NCBI GenBank assembly: GCA_965249275.1 | Contig: CBDFLQ010000007.1 | Coordinates: 57,912-121,911, forward strand | Direction of reading: 5' to 3' | Origin: Dehalococcoidia bacterium | GTDB lineage: Bacteria; Chloroflexota; Dehalococcoidia; Plut-88900 | Length of the DNA: 64,000 nucleotides | Shown: positions 47,733-57,147 of the stretch, piece by piece | Numbering within the stretch: the stretch's first letter is position 1 | Layout of the letters: the number at the start of each line of letters is the position of its first letter | Made by a program: the position numbers and the translations under genes | The notes under the pieces: model-generated | Databases searched by the model: none | Seen by the model: the letters and a program-made list of their open reading frames with translations, nothing else | Told to the model about the DNA's origin: nothing

Positions 47733-47948
47733 ATGGACATTTCCAAGTTCGGCATATACGTTAATGCCAGTGAGAAGAAGGCTGTGAGAATCAACTCGCC
47801 CTACTGGATTCCACCCGCCGAGGAATGGACTTACCTGACCCCTGAAGTGAACATGACACTGCTCAAGATACGAGACCTTGCCAAGGAAAAAGGCTTGTCC
47901 GATTCCCCTGACGAGATCGTGTGGACATCAATCCCCCTGCTTGACTGA
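47733..47948 (+). CDS. Hypothetical small protein
   Basis: 71 aa from ATG 47733 (GGAGAA upstream). No recognisable family. Confidence 0.45.
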   Translation: MDISKFGIYVNASEKKAVRINSPYWIPPAEEWTYLTPEVNMTLLKIRDLAKEKGLSDSPDEIVWTSIPLLD

Positions 47949-47998
47949 GGGCTGACCATGATTTTGGATATAAGGGATGGTGATGTGAGTAAAGTCGG

Positions 47999-48382
47999 GT
48001 GAGGTCGGCAAGCGGCCCCGAACGACTGTGCCCCCGCTGCAAGGGCGGTGAGTTCAGACGAGGCTTCAGCTCGGTTACCGGGTACTGGGCCGGCCAGGTT
48101 CTAGTGCCCGTTATATGCTCTCGCTGCTATTACAACGTCGGTTTCGGCATCCAGACTGCGCTTCCCCGCTTCGAACCGGCGGAGGCAGGGACACCGCAGG
48201 CCGCAGGACGAGTGCACTCGCCGGGCACGACTCAAGACGATGGCCCACGCATGGTCTGGAGCGGAGGCCAGCGCGTCGGGCCCCTTCGCCGAGGAGCGAT
48301 TCGGGACTGGGTGGTACTTGGAGCGGCTGCGCTCATAGTAGCCGGGATATTCTTCGTGTTCAGGTCTATCGGTTCAGGATAG
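47999..48382 (+). CDS. Hypothetical zinc-ribbon protein with C-terminal TM helix
   Basis: 127 aa with CPRC...CSRC and a VVLGAAALIVAGIFFVF tail. It has a GTG start and weak support. Confidence 0.4.
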   Translation: MRSASGPERLCPRCKGGEFRRGFSSVTGYWAGQVLVPVICSRCYYNVGFGIQTALPRFEPAEAGTPQAAGRVHSPGTTQDDGPRMVWSGGQRVGPLRRGAIRDWVVLGAAALIVAGIFFVFRSIGSG

Positions 48383-48400
48383 GAAGGAGGGGAGAACTTC

Positions 48401-49960
<1,560 letters not shown>

Positions 49961-50004
49961 CCGGTGCCCCGAGCACGAAACCCAATGAACCGGCGAGTCC
50001 CGCA

Positions 50005-50910
50005 GTGATGGGCCAACTGGTAAGCCTCCTCGCCGCGATGCGGCCCAGGCAGTGGACCAAGAACTTTGTTGTCTTTCTGCCCATGGCCTTCACCATCAAC
50101 CTGGCCTGGGACCCGGGCAACGTCGACGAGGTGCTCGATGTCCTGGCTTCAGCGGCGTCGGCCTTCGGCCTCTTCTGCCTCCTCTCCTCCGCCGTCTACC
50201 TCCTCAACGACCTCGCTGACGCCAAAAAAGACCGCCTGCATCCGAAGAAGGCGTTGAGGGGCGTGGCCTCGGGCCGGTTGTCCAAGGGGCTTGCCGCATT
50301 CGCTGCGATGCTCTTTGTCGGTGCGGCGCTGCCCCTCGGCTTTCTTGTCGAAGTCAGCTACGGCTGGGCCCAGCTTGCCTATGTGGGCATATCTGTCGTT
50401 TACATAAGCATAGTGCGGCAGCTTGTCATTCTCGACGTGTTCGCCATATCTGCAGGGTTTATCGTGAGAGCCGCCGCCGGGGCCCTGGTCATTTCCGCCG
50501 ACCCCTCACCTTGGCTGTACATCTGCACGGGGCTCGGGGCCCTCTTCATCGGGTTTGCCAAGCGGCGGCAGGAGATGCTGACGCTGAAAGAGGATGGAAC
50601 GGAGCATCGGGCCAGCCTGGGCGGCTACTCCCTCCCGATGCTCGACCATCTCATCACTATGCTCATGGCCTCCACCCTCATCGCATACATCCTCTACACC
50701 TTCACCGCCGACAACCTGCCTCCCAACGATGCGATGATGTTCACCATTCCCTTTGTTGCCTTTGGCATAGCCCGCTACTTCTACCTGATTCATGCCAAAC
50801 AGGCGGGAGGCAACCCCGAGGATATCCTGCTCAAGGACGTGCCGATACTGCTGTCAGTGGCGGGCTGGCTGGCCGCAACCGTAGGCATCCTGTTAGCGTT
50901 TCGGGGGTGA
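50005..50910 (+). CDS. UbiA-family prenyltransferase (decaprenyl-phosphate phosphoribosyltransferase-like)
   Basis: 301 aa with about 8 TM helices and NDLADAKKDRLHPKK...RGVASG. Confidence 0.8.
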   Translation: MMGQLVSLLAAMRPRQWTKNFVVFLPMAFTINLAWDPGNVDEVLDVLASAASAFGLFCLLSSAVYLLNDLADAKKDRLHPKKALRGVASGRLSKGLAAFAAMLFVGAALPLGFLVEVSYGWAQLAYVGISVVYISIVRQLVILDVFAISAGFIVRAAAGALVISADPSPWLYICTGLGALFIGFAKRRQEMLTLKEDGTEHRASLGGYSLPMLDHLITMLMASTLIAYILYTFTADNLPPNDAMMFTIPFVAFGIARYFYLIHAKQAGGNPEDILLKDVPILLSVAGWLAATVGILLAFRG

Positions 50911-50965
50911 GGTGGTCCCCCACCCCCGACTCCCCATTCTGTCAACGAATTACCTAACACTTACA

Positions 50966-50989
50966 ATTCCCGTGCCCCGACACGGGAAT
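50966..50989. repeat. ATTCC...GGAAT hairpin repeat (REP-like), copy 1
   Basis: ATTCCCGTG-CCCCGA-CACGGGAAT, preceded by the C-rich tract CCCCCACCCCCGA at 50917-50929. Confidence 0.7.
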
Positions 50990-51133
50990 CCATCCCAGCC
51001 CCCAGCCCCGAAACCCGCGGCCTACACAGGTCTTCATGGCTCCGGCGAGTAAGTGGACGGCGAAGAACAGCTTTGGTACACCGCTGGAAGCGCCTATACT
51101 TTGGTGTAACTACTGAGGGACAAGAAGGGGTTT

Positions 51134-52171
51134 ATGCGATTATTGCTCATATTGCCAGTCTTTTTCCTGTTGGCCTGTTCCTCCGCCCCCGCAGACTCCC
51201 CTGATCCCGACCAGTACCTGGACCGCGTCCGCCGGATGCACGCAGAGAACCGGGCGCAGTTCGAGCATCTAACCACTGTCACGTTTGCCCCACCCGTTGC
51301 ACAAAGTAGCAGCGACCCGAACGAGCCCAATCCCACTTACGACGAATGGAAATTGTATGTCTTGTCAGGACTTCTCCCGCACCTCAATGACCTGTCCAAG
51401 ACCAGCACGTTCTTGTGGGCACAGCTTAACGAGCTAAACACTATGGCAGTGCCGGAGGAACACACTGGCCTTCACGCCGACTTGGTCACCATGTGGGAGG
51501 CAGGAATAGCTTGGGTGGATGAGCGGCTTAGGACTGCGCAACAGGCGGCAACATACCTGCAGGCCGACGATTGGGAGGGGTTTGACGAAGCCAATATGGT
51601 TGATGAGGAAGATATGGAGAGGGCACACACGTTAATTGACCGCCACGTAGACGCTGTTAATCGGGTGAACTTCGTCCTGTTTGGTACGCCGGAACCCGAG
51701 CCGTTTGACATTTCAGGGTCGTCCACCGCATGGGCCCTAACGCCTCTTCCCGATGTGCCCACCGCCACACTGGGGCCAATCTCCCAGCTCACCCCGACAG
51801 CAGCGTATGTAGATCCCATGGTCCGAAAGGAAGCAATACGGAGGTATGCTAATGATGCCTGCGGCCCCGAAAAGTTGGACTATCCGGCTATTGGCTGGCC
51901 TAAACTGGCAGGTGAACTTTCATGGGCAATTTCACTGTTGAGGTATGACCCGCCGCGAGGGTTGGGGGGCTTCCGAGATGTCTTATGGGACTACTACGAG
52001 ACCCTAAAAATATTTGCCGAAGAACAAGACCGTTCTCTCAAGGTTGATCAGGCCTTGTTCTCGTCTGACCCGGACGTTCTGCAAAAGCGGATGGAAGTAG
52101 AAAAGACGGTCAGTGCCCTGCCGGAGTCCGACCGTCAAGTGCTGAACGACGCGGGATGCACTTTCTCGTGA
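51134..52171 (+). CDS. Hypothetical lipoprotein
   Basis: 345 aa with signal/lipobox MRLLLILPVFFLLAC. No recognisable family. Confidence 0.6.
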   Translation: MRLLLILPVFFLLACSSAPADSPDPDQYLDRVRRMHAENRAQFEHLTTVTFAPPVAQSSSDPNEPNPTYDEWKLYVLSGLLPHLNDLSKTSTFLWAQLNELNTMAVPEEHTGLHADLVTMWEAGIAWVDERLRTAQQAATYLQADDWEGFDEANMVDEEDMERAHTLIDRHVDAVNRVNFVLFGTPEPEPFDISGSSTAWALTPLPDVPTATLGPISQLTPTAAYVDPMVRKEAIRRYANDACGPEKLDYPAIGWPKLAGELSWAISLLRYDPPRGLGGFRDVLWDYYETLKIFAEEQDRSLKVDQALFSSDPDVLQKRMEVEKTVSALPESDRQVLNDAGCTFS

Positions 52172-52266
52172 CAAGTAAGGGCCGCTATCTCCCCAGTCTT
52201 TGTGCGCGCCGTGACCATTGAACAGGAATACGGCGACAGGCTGGAGAGGTTATTGGAGGCGGTGGA

Positions 52267-52674
52267 GTGCCCGAACTAATGAAGGAGACCGAGAAGAGCT
52301 TGACTAACAAACTGGCAATAGGAGCTGGCGTGGTGGCCCTCATCCCTTACCTCGCACTGCTGTCCACCTCGGGTATCAGTGCGTTTCTGCTTACGACGCC
52401 CCTCTGGTGGAGCGCGGAGTCATGGGGGGCGTCCGTGACCATCGGCTCGACGGTCGGGATGGTGGGGGTCGTGGCCTCCGCCCTGGTTCTCTGGTCGTCC
52501 CGTCACGAGGGACGGCGCTCGGGCCTGGGCCTGGCGCTGGGGGGTCTCTACGCCATCCCCCTGATCGTCTCACCCTTCGGACTGGCCCCTTTCCACCTAT
52601 TCACAGGCCCGGTACTCCTGGTACTGGTGGCGGCGGTCGTCAACCATCGACGGAAATTCGCCGAATTAAACTGA
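52267..52674 (+). CDS. Hypothetical membrane protein (about 4 TM)
   Basis: 135 aa and hydrophobic throughout. An alternative ATG lies at 52279. Confidence 0.55.
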   Translation: MPELMKETEKSLTNKLAIGAGVVALIPYLALLSTSGISAFLLTTPLWWSAESWGASVTIGSTVGMVGVVASALVLWSSRHEGRRSGLGLALGGLYAIPLIVSPFGLAPFHLFTGPVLLVLVAAVVNHRRKFAELN

Positions 52675-52782
52675 CGCACTACCCCTTGGCGCGGGTGCAT
52701 GCCTCTGTTCTTCTCTCTCCCTCTACCCCTGCCCGTAAGGGCGACCGGCGGGGCCTCCCCCCCAAAAAGTGACACGAACCCA

Positions 52783-52812
52783 TTGACTAACCTAGTACAC
52801 ATATTCTATATT
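52783..52812 (+). promoter_or_regulatory. Putative sigma70-type promoter upstream of the terminase pair
   Basis: TTGACT (52783-52788), an 18-nt spacer, then TATATT (52807-52812). Confidence 0.4.
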
Positions 52813-52895
52813 GCACTCCAACTCGGGCCCGCATAAGGGCCGGGCCCCTTGCCGAAACCAACTGAATTGCTGAAAAGACCGAAAGGAACTGCCGT

Positions 52896-53309
52896 ATGAC
52901 CAAACGACCCCGCTACCCCTCCCGGACCCCTAAGCCCGATTCAAGTGGCCCTTGGGAAGACTCGCTCGATCAGGCCGGCCTCCCCGGTGGCCCCTATTAC
53001 TCCGCCAGGCTTAGTAATCTCGAATCGAGACAAAGACTTGGCCGAGCTTCCAAAGTCCAGGGCGTTGACCAGGAACTCGCTATCCTCCGCTGGCGCCTTG
53101 AGGAATTGATTGCCAAGGAAGACAACAAAGAAACCAAAGACCACTCCCTAGTGCTCAAGACCATCGAACTCATAGTTCGAGCCTACTCCGCCAAGGCACG
53201 CTCCTCCGACGATTCCAACGCCCCCACCGAAAAAGGCATCGAAAACCTTCTGCGGGACGCCTCTCGCAAGTTCGGACTAAAGACAATCCCCTGGAACTCC
53301 ACCCACTAG
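52896..53309 (+). CDS. Hypothetical protein upstream of terminase (possible small-terminase-like partner)
   Basis: 137 aa with a basic N-terminus and a helical/coiled C-terminus. It sits 8 nt upstream of the terminase-like gene. No family recognised. Confidence 0.5.
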   Translation: MTKRPRYPSRTPKPDSSGPWEDSLDQAGLPGGPYYSARLSNLESRQRLGRASKVQGVDQELAILRWRLEELIAKEDNKETKDHSLVLKTIELIVRAYSAKARSSDDSNAPTEKGIENLLRDASRKFGLKTIPWNSTH

Positions 53310-53317
53310 AGAACGCC

Positions 53318-54706
53318 TTGATAGACATTTATTCCCTAAGGCCCTACCAGCTGCAGATAGCCAAAGCTATACTGAGTAGCGTTCAGGACGGCATGGGCTT
53401 CTCCTTCTCCGTCATGATCGCCCGTCAGGGCGGCAAGAACGAGCTCTCCGCCTGGCTTGAGGCCGTCCTCCTCTCCGCCGCCTCCCACGACGGCGGCAGC
53501 GCCATCAAGGCCACCCCCACCTTCCACCCCCAGGCCCGGATCAGCATCTCTCGCCTCCAGGACACCCTTCGGCGCAGCCGCATCTATTATGAATTCCAAC
53601 ACGGCAACCTCTTCGCCGTAGGCCGCGCCCGCCAGCTCTTCCTCAGCTCCCACCCCACCAGCAACGTCCTCGGCAACACCGCCAGTCTCCTCCTCGAGAT
53701 CGACGAGTCCCAGGACGTCTCCCCCGATAAATTCAACCGCGACTTCATGCCTATGGGCGCCTCCTCCAACGCAACCACCGTCCACTACGGCACCGCATGG
53801 GACGACCATTCCCTCCTCGAGCAGGTCAAACAGTCCAACCTCGATCTCCAACGCACCGACGGCATCCGTCGCCACTTCGAGTTCGACTGGCAGGCCGTCG
53901 CTCGCTACAACCCTCACTACAAGCGCTACGTAGAGGCCGAACGTCTCCGGCTCGGTAGCGATCATCCATTGTTCCGCTCTCAGTATTGCCTGGTTCCCGT
54001 GACCGGCAAAGGAAGGTTCATCGACCATAACAGGCAGGCCCTGCTGCGGGGCAGCCACCTCCGAATCAGCGCCCCCGTCAAGGGGCGTACTTACGTCGCC
54101 GGCGTAGACCTTGCCGGCGAGTCCGAACAGTCGGACAACCTCCAGTTCAAAGCAAACGCACCATTTAAGGATTCCACCGTCGTCACCATCGGAGAGCTCC
54201 GGTCTACGAACGCCGGTCACGGGTCCCCGCTCCCATCCCTTAGGGTGGTCGAGCACTTCTGGTGGACGGGACTGCCCCAAACCGAGAATTTCTCGCGTCT
54301 CCTCCACATCCTCTCGGAAGTCTGGGGCTGTCGCAGAGTCGTCGTCGATGCAACGGGCATCGGAGCAGGCGTCGCCGATTTCTTGCGCAAATCTATCGGG
54401 CCTTCCATCGTCAAGCCCTTCACCTTTACCGCCCGCAGCAAATCGGACCTCGGCTTCGACCTCCTCGCCGCCATCAACTCCGGCAGGCTCAGGATGTACA
54501 AGCCCGACGGCTCCCCCGAGTCCACCGAGTTCTGGTCCCAAATCTCCAAAGCAAGGAGGACCGTAAGACCCAACCAGACCATCAACTTCTTCGTAGACCC
54601 CTCCCAAGGCCACGACGACTTCCTGTCATCCCTCGCCCTCCTCGTCAAAGCCTCCGAATACATCCCCCGCCGCGCCTCCGGTCGCCTGCGAGAGGGCTAT
54701 GAATAA
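53318..54706 (+). CDS. Phage terminase large-subunit-like protein
   Basis: 462 aa. Walker A-like is ARQGGKNE and Walker B is LLLEIDESQD. The C-terminal RNase-H-like nuclease motifs are VAGVDLAGE, VVVDATGIGAGVADFL and HDDFLSSLAL. It starts with TTG. Confidence 0.7.
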   Translation: MIDIYSLRPYQLQIAKAILSSVQDGMGFSFSVMIARQGGKNELSAWLEAVLLSAASHDGGSAIKATPTFHPQARISISRLQDTLRRSRIYYEFQHGNLFAVGRARQLFLSSHPTSNVLGNTASLLLEIDESQDVSPDKFNRDFMPMGASSNATTVHYGTAWDDHSLLEQVKQSNLDLQRTDGIRRHFEFDWQAVARYNPHYKRYVEAERLRLGSDHPLFRSQYCLVPVTGKGRFIDHNRQALLRGSHLRISAPVKGRTYVAGVDLAGESEQSDNLQFKANAPFKDSTVVTIGELRSTNAGHGSPLPSLRVVEHFWWTGLPQTENFSRLLHILSEVWGCRRVVVDATGIGAGVADFLRKSIGPSIVKPFTFTARSKSDLGFDLLAAINSGRLRMYKPDGSPESTEFWSQISKARRTVRPNQTINFFVDPSQGHDDFLSSLALLVKASEYIPRRASGRLREGYE

Positions 54707-54745
54707 GCCCCCACCCCCGAGGGGAGCCTGTCCGCCTCAGGCGGA

Positions 54746-54772
54746 TCATTCCGAGGCCCCCCCCCGAGGAAT
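54746..54772. repeat. ATTCC...GGAAT repeat, degenerate copy
   Basis: CATTCCGAGG-C9-GAGGAATC. Only the outer ATTCC/GGAAT can pair. It is preceded by CCCCCACCCCCGA (54707-54719). Confidence 0.5.
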
Positions 54773-54783
54773 CTGGGGCGGGG

Positions 54784-54830
54784 CATTCCGCTCGCCCTGA
54801 GCAGAGTCGAAGGGTCTCAAGAGCGGAATG
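54784..54830. repeat. ATTCC...GGAAT hairpin repeat, long-loop copy
   Basis: CATTCCGCTC-N27-GAGCGGAATG forms a 10-bp stem. Confidence 0.6.
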
Positions 54831-54846
54831 GGCGGGGTGTCCCATC

Positions 54847-54881
54847 CCCCCTCTCCCTTATTGGCCCTAAGGGAGAGGGGG
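54847..54881. repeat. Perfect 14-bp-stem hairpin
   Basis: CCCCCTCTCCCTTA-TTGGCCC-TAAGGGAGAGGGGG. No U-tract follows it. Confidence 0.7.
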
Positions 54882-54982
54882 ATCAAGGGGGTGAGGGTTA
54901 TCCCGGGGCGGAGGCCGGGTGGTGAGATTGACAGGGAGAGGGTGGCAAACTATAATCGGCATTCCTAAACGAGTCTGAAAAC

Positions 54983-55120
54983 ATGCCTAAAAGAACCTAC
55001 CAACCTAAGAGGTTGCCCCGAAAGAGGAAGCACGGGTTCCGTGCCCGAATGAGTACCCGAGGCGGACGTGACGTTATACACCGCCGAAGGGCCAAGGGCA
55101 GGACCAGTCTGAACGTTTAG
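54983..55120 (+). CDS. rpmH: 50S ribosomal protein L34
   Basis: 45 aa, below the track cutoff: [45 protein letters not shown]. Confidence 0.95.
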   Translation: MPKRTYQPKRLPRKRKHGFRARMSTRGGRDVIHRRRAKGRTSLNV

Positions 55121-55157
55121 GGCTTACAATTTTGAACACTAAAGAAAGGGGAGCCCG

Positions 55158-55520
55158 CTGCTGAAGGGTACGGCCAGGGATCGAAGGCTCAAAAAGAGCC
55201 GCGACTTTGATCGGGTCCTCAGGAGGGGCAAGCGCAGGGCAAACGGGTTTCTGGTACTCGGCGCCATTCCCAACGGCCTTGAAGTCAGCAGGTTCGGCTT
55301 CTCGGTCGGAAAGAGAGTCGGCAACGCTGTCCGGCGGAACCTAGTAAAGCGTAGACTGCGGAACATCATGACTGAGCTGTGCGGCCAGGACGGATGGGAT
55401 CTCGTAGTCATCGCCAGAAAGACCGCCTCAGAGGCCGGATACCGTGACCTTAAAATGGCATTGACCGGCCTGTTGCGATCGAGCGGCCTGCTCGGTAAAC
55501 GTAACGCCAGCGCAGTTTAA
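55158..55520 (+). CDS. rnpA: RNase P protein component; non-canonical (probable CTG) start
   Basis: Not in the track. The frame is open from 55143 to TAA 55518-55520. It reads (L)LKGTARDRRLKKSRDFDRVLRRGKR...GKRVGNAVRRNLVKRRLRNIM... with the RNR-type basic motif. No ATG/GTG/TTG occurs before residue ~75. AAGGGGAG at 55146-55153 precedes the CTG codons at 55158 and 55161. Confidence 0.8.
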   Translation: MLKGTARDRRLKKSRDFDRVLRRGKRRANGFLVLGAIPNGLEVSRFGFSVGKRVGNAVRRNLVKRRLRNIMTELCGQDGWDLVVIARKTASEAGYRDLKMALTGLLRSSGLLGKRNASAV

Positions 55521-55522
55521 GC

Positions 55523-55744
55523 ATGGTCCCTAAACGGCTTGTCCTGGCCCTGATCGGCTTTTATCGCCAGTTTGTATCTCCTTACTATGGCCCCGGCCCC
55601 ACCTGCCGCTACCTCCCAACTTGCTCTGAATACGGCCAGGACGCAGTCGTAAGATACGGAGCCCTCAAAGGCGGCTGGTTGACTATCCGGCGGATCGGCC
55701 GGTGCCATCCACTATCAGCAGGCGGGTACGACCCAGTACCTTGA
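55523..55744 (+). CDS. yidD: Membrane protein insertion efficiency factor YidD
   Basis: 73 aa, reading LIGFYRQFVSP...CRYLPTCSEYGQDAVVRYGALKGGWLTIRRIGRCHP. Confidence 0.93.
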   Translation: MVPKRLVLALIGFYRQFVSPYYGPGPTCRYLPTCSEYGQDAVVRYGALKGGWLTIRRIGRCHPLSAGGYDPVP

Positions 55745-55803
55745 AAGGCCATCACGTAATTCCCGGCAATAACCTCCTCCCTCAAGAGGCGTCTGTCCGC
55801 GAT

Positions 55804-57111
55804 ATGATTTCTCGGGTATCACCGACGCCCGTATTGGCGTCGGATGAGGTTCCCGTCTCTCGCATCCGGTCGCGAAAAGTGACCGGCAAACTTCTGTTGA
55901 TCCTTCTACTGGTTGGGCTGCTTGCTACTCTTGCCTGCAGCCGAGCCGGTCTGGGCATCAACTTCGAGGGTTGGGGTGGCCCGACCTTCATCGGCAACTC
56001 TGTTTACGTACCCACAAAGAAGGACGCCGATCAGGCCAGCATTCGAGTTATCGATGCGGTCTCCGGAGCTGTTAACGGCATGTTCACGGCGACCGGTGAG
56101 TCCACGTCCATTTACGGCGCACCCGTCCAGGGACCCGGAGCTGATGGTCAAACTACCTTCGTCACGGTAATCTACACCGCCGAGGGTACGAGCTACGGCA
56201 GGGTCTTCGCCATTGGGCCGGACGGCTTCGACAGCCCGGTATGGCAGTTCCCCGAGATCGGTATGGACTCTGTTGGCTCCATATTTGGTGGTGTGGCCTA
56301 CTCACAAGCGACCAACACCGTCTACTTTGGCGCCGACGATGGCATGTTGTATGCCCTGGACGCGGGCACTGGAGAGCCGAAGCTCGGCACGGGAGGCGTT
56401 TTCTTCCCCGCCGAGGCTCCTATCTGGTCGACACCCATGGTCGAGAACGGCGTGGTCTATTTCGGGACCATGGACGGCATCCTCTACGGCGTGGGCGAGA
56501 CCGGTGGCAAGATTCTTGAGTTCAAAGCTGGGGGGGCCATTACCGCAACCCCGATAGTCGAGGAAGGAATTGCCTACGTCGGCTCCTTCGACAAAAACTT
56601 CTATGCCGTGCCCGTCAATGGAGGCCTGAACGCCACGCCCCGTTGGATATACGCCACCAACGGCTGGATCTGGGCCGACGCCCTCTTCGCCGCCGACGCA
56701 AGAGGACAAGACTTCATCTTCGTATCTTCGCTTGATGGCAGCGTACAGGCCGTAAATGCTGCCTCAGGTTCCCCACTCTGGCCCAATCCTTTCATCGCCT
56801 CGGAGGGCATCCGCGGCACACCGGCGCTGGTTAGCAAGTCGGGTGGCGGCGGCCAGTTCTCCAGCCTGGCTGACAAGGTTTTGGTAGTCGGGTCCAGGGA
56901 TGGCATGTTATATGGCCTGGACCCGCAGAACGGGGCTCCTGCATGGGAGCAGCCCTTCAACACCCGGGCCCTTGGTGACAGTGACGGCCAAATCCTTGCG
57001 CCTGTCGCCTCCCGAGGCAACGCAGCCTTCGTGGTCACATCCAAATACGATATATTCGCAGTTGACGCGAATACCGGACAGGCATTGCCGGGCTTCACGT
57101 CTCTACAGTAG
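55804..57111 (+). CDS. PQQ-like beta-propeller repeat lipoprotein (BamB-like fold)
   Basis: Repeats are GMLYALDAGTGE, GILYGVGETGG, NFYAVP, GSVQAVNAASGSPLW and GMLYGLDPQNGAPAW. The lipobox-like sequence is LLATLAC. ATG 55804 is preferred over the track start 55702, which overlaps yidD. Confidence 0.75.
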   Translation: MISRVSPTPVLASDEVPVSRIRSRKVTGKLLLILLLVGLLATLACSRAGLGINFEGWGGPTFIGNSVYVPTKKDADQASIRVIDAVSGAVNGMFTATGESTSIYGAPVQGPGADGQTTFVTVIYTAEGTSYGRVFAIGPDGFDSPVWQFPEIGMDSVGSIFGGVAYSQATNTVYFGADDGMLYALDAGTGEPKLGTGGVFFPAEAPIWSTPMVENGVVYFGTMDGILYGVGETGGKILEFKAGGAITATPIVEEGIAYVGSFDKNFYAVPVNGGLNATPRWIYATNGWIWADALFAADARGQDFIFVSSLDGSVQAVNAASGSPLWPNPFIASEGIRGTPALVSKSGGGGQFSSLADKVLVVGSRDGMLYGLDPQNGAPAWEQPFNTRALGDSDGQILAPVASRGNAAFVVTSKYDIFAVDANTGQALPGFTSLQ

Positions 57112-57147
57112 ACACCGACGCAGGAAAAACAGGTCTAAAGAGCAAGC

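Noticed and set aside
53336-54613. 425-aa minus-strand ORF antisense to the terminase-like gene. Similar long antisense ORFs occur at 21089..22213, 23483..24352, 29141..29974, 48482..49285, 18082..19119, 5060..5932 and 43275..44003.
   Set aside because: All lie fully inside strongly recognisable genes on the other strand. They have Gly/Arg/Pro/Val-rich shadow composition typical of high-GC antisense frames, and I recognised no family motifs in them.
50917-54719. Reading the identical 13-mers CCCCCACCCCCGA as attL/attR of an integrated element, or a prophage call.
   Set aside because: Not adopted as a feature. No integrase or other phage structural genes are present. A similar C-rich tract precedes a third repeat copy at 61899, so the 13-mers are probably part of the dispersed repeat. 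I keep this only as a caveated finding.
55702-55803. Track start of the PQQ-propeller ORF, which overlaps yidD by 43 nt.
   Set aside because: The upstream codons have no signal-peptide logic. ATG 55804 gives a basic n-region, a hydrophobic core and a lipobox-like LAC.
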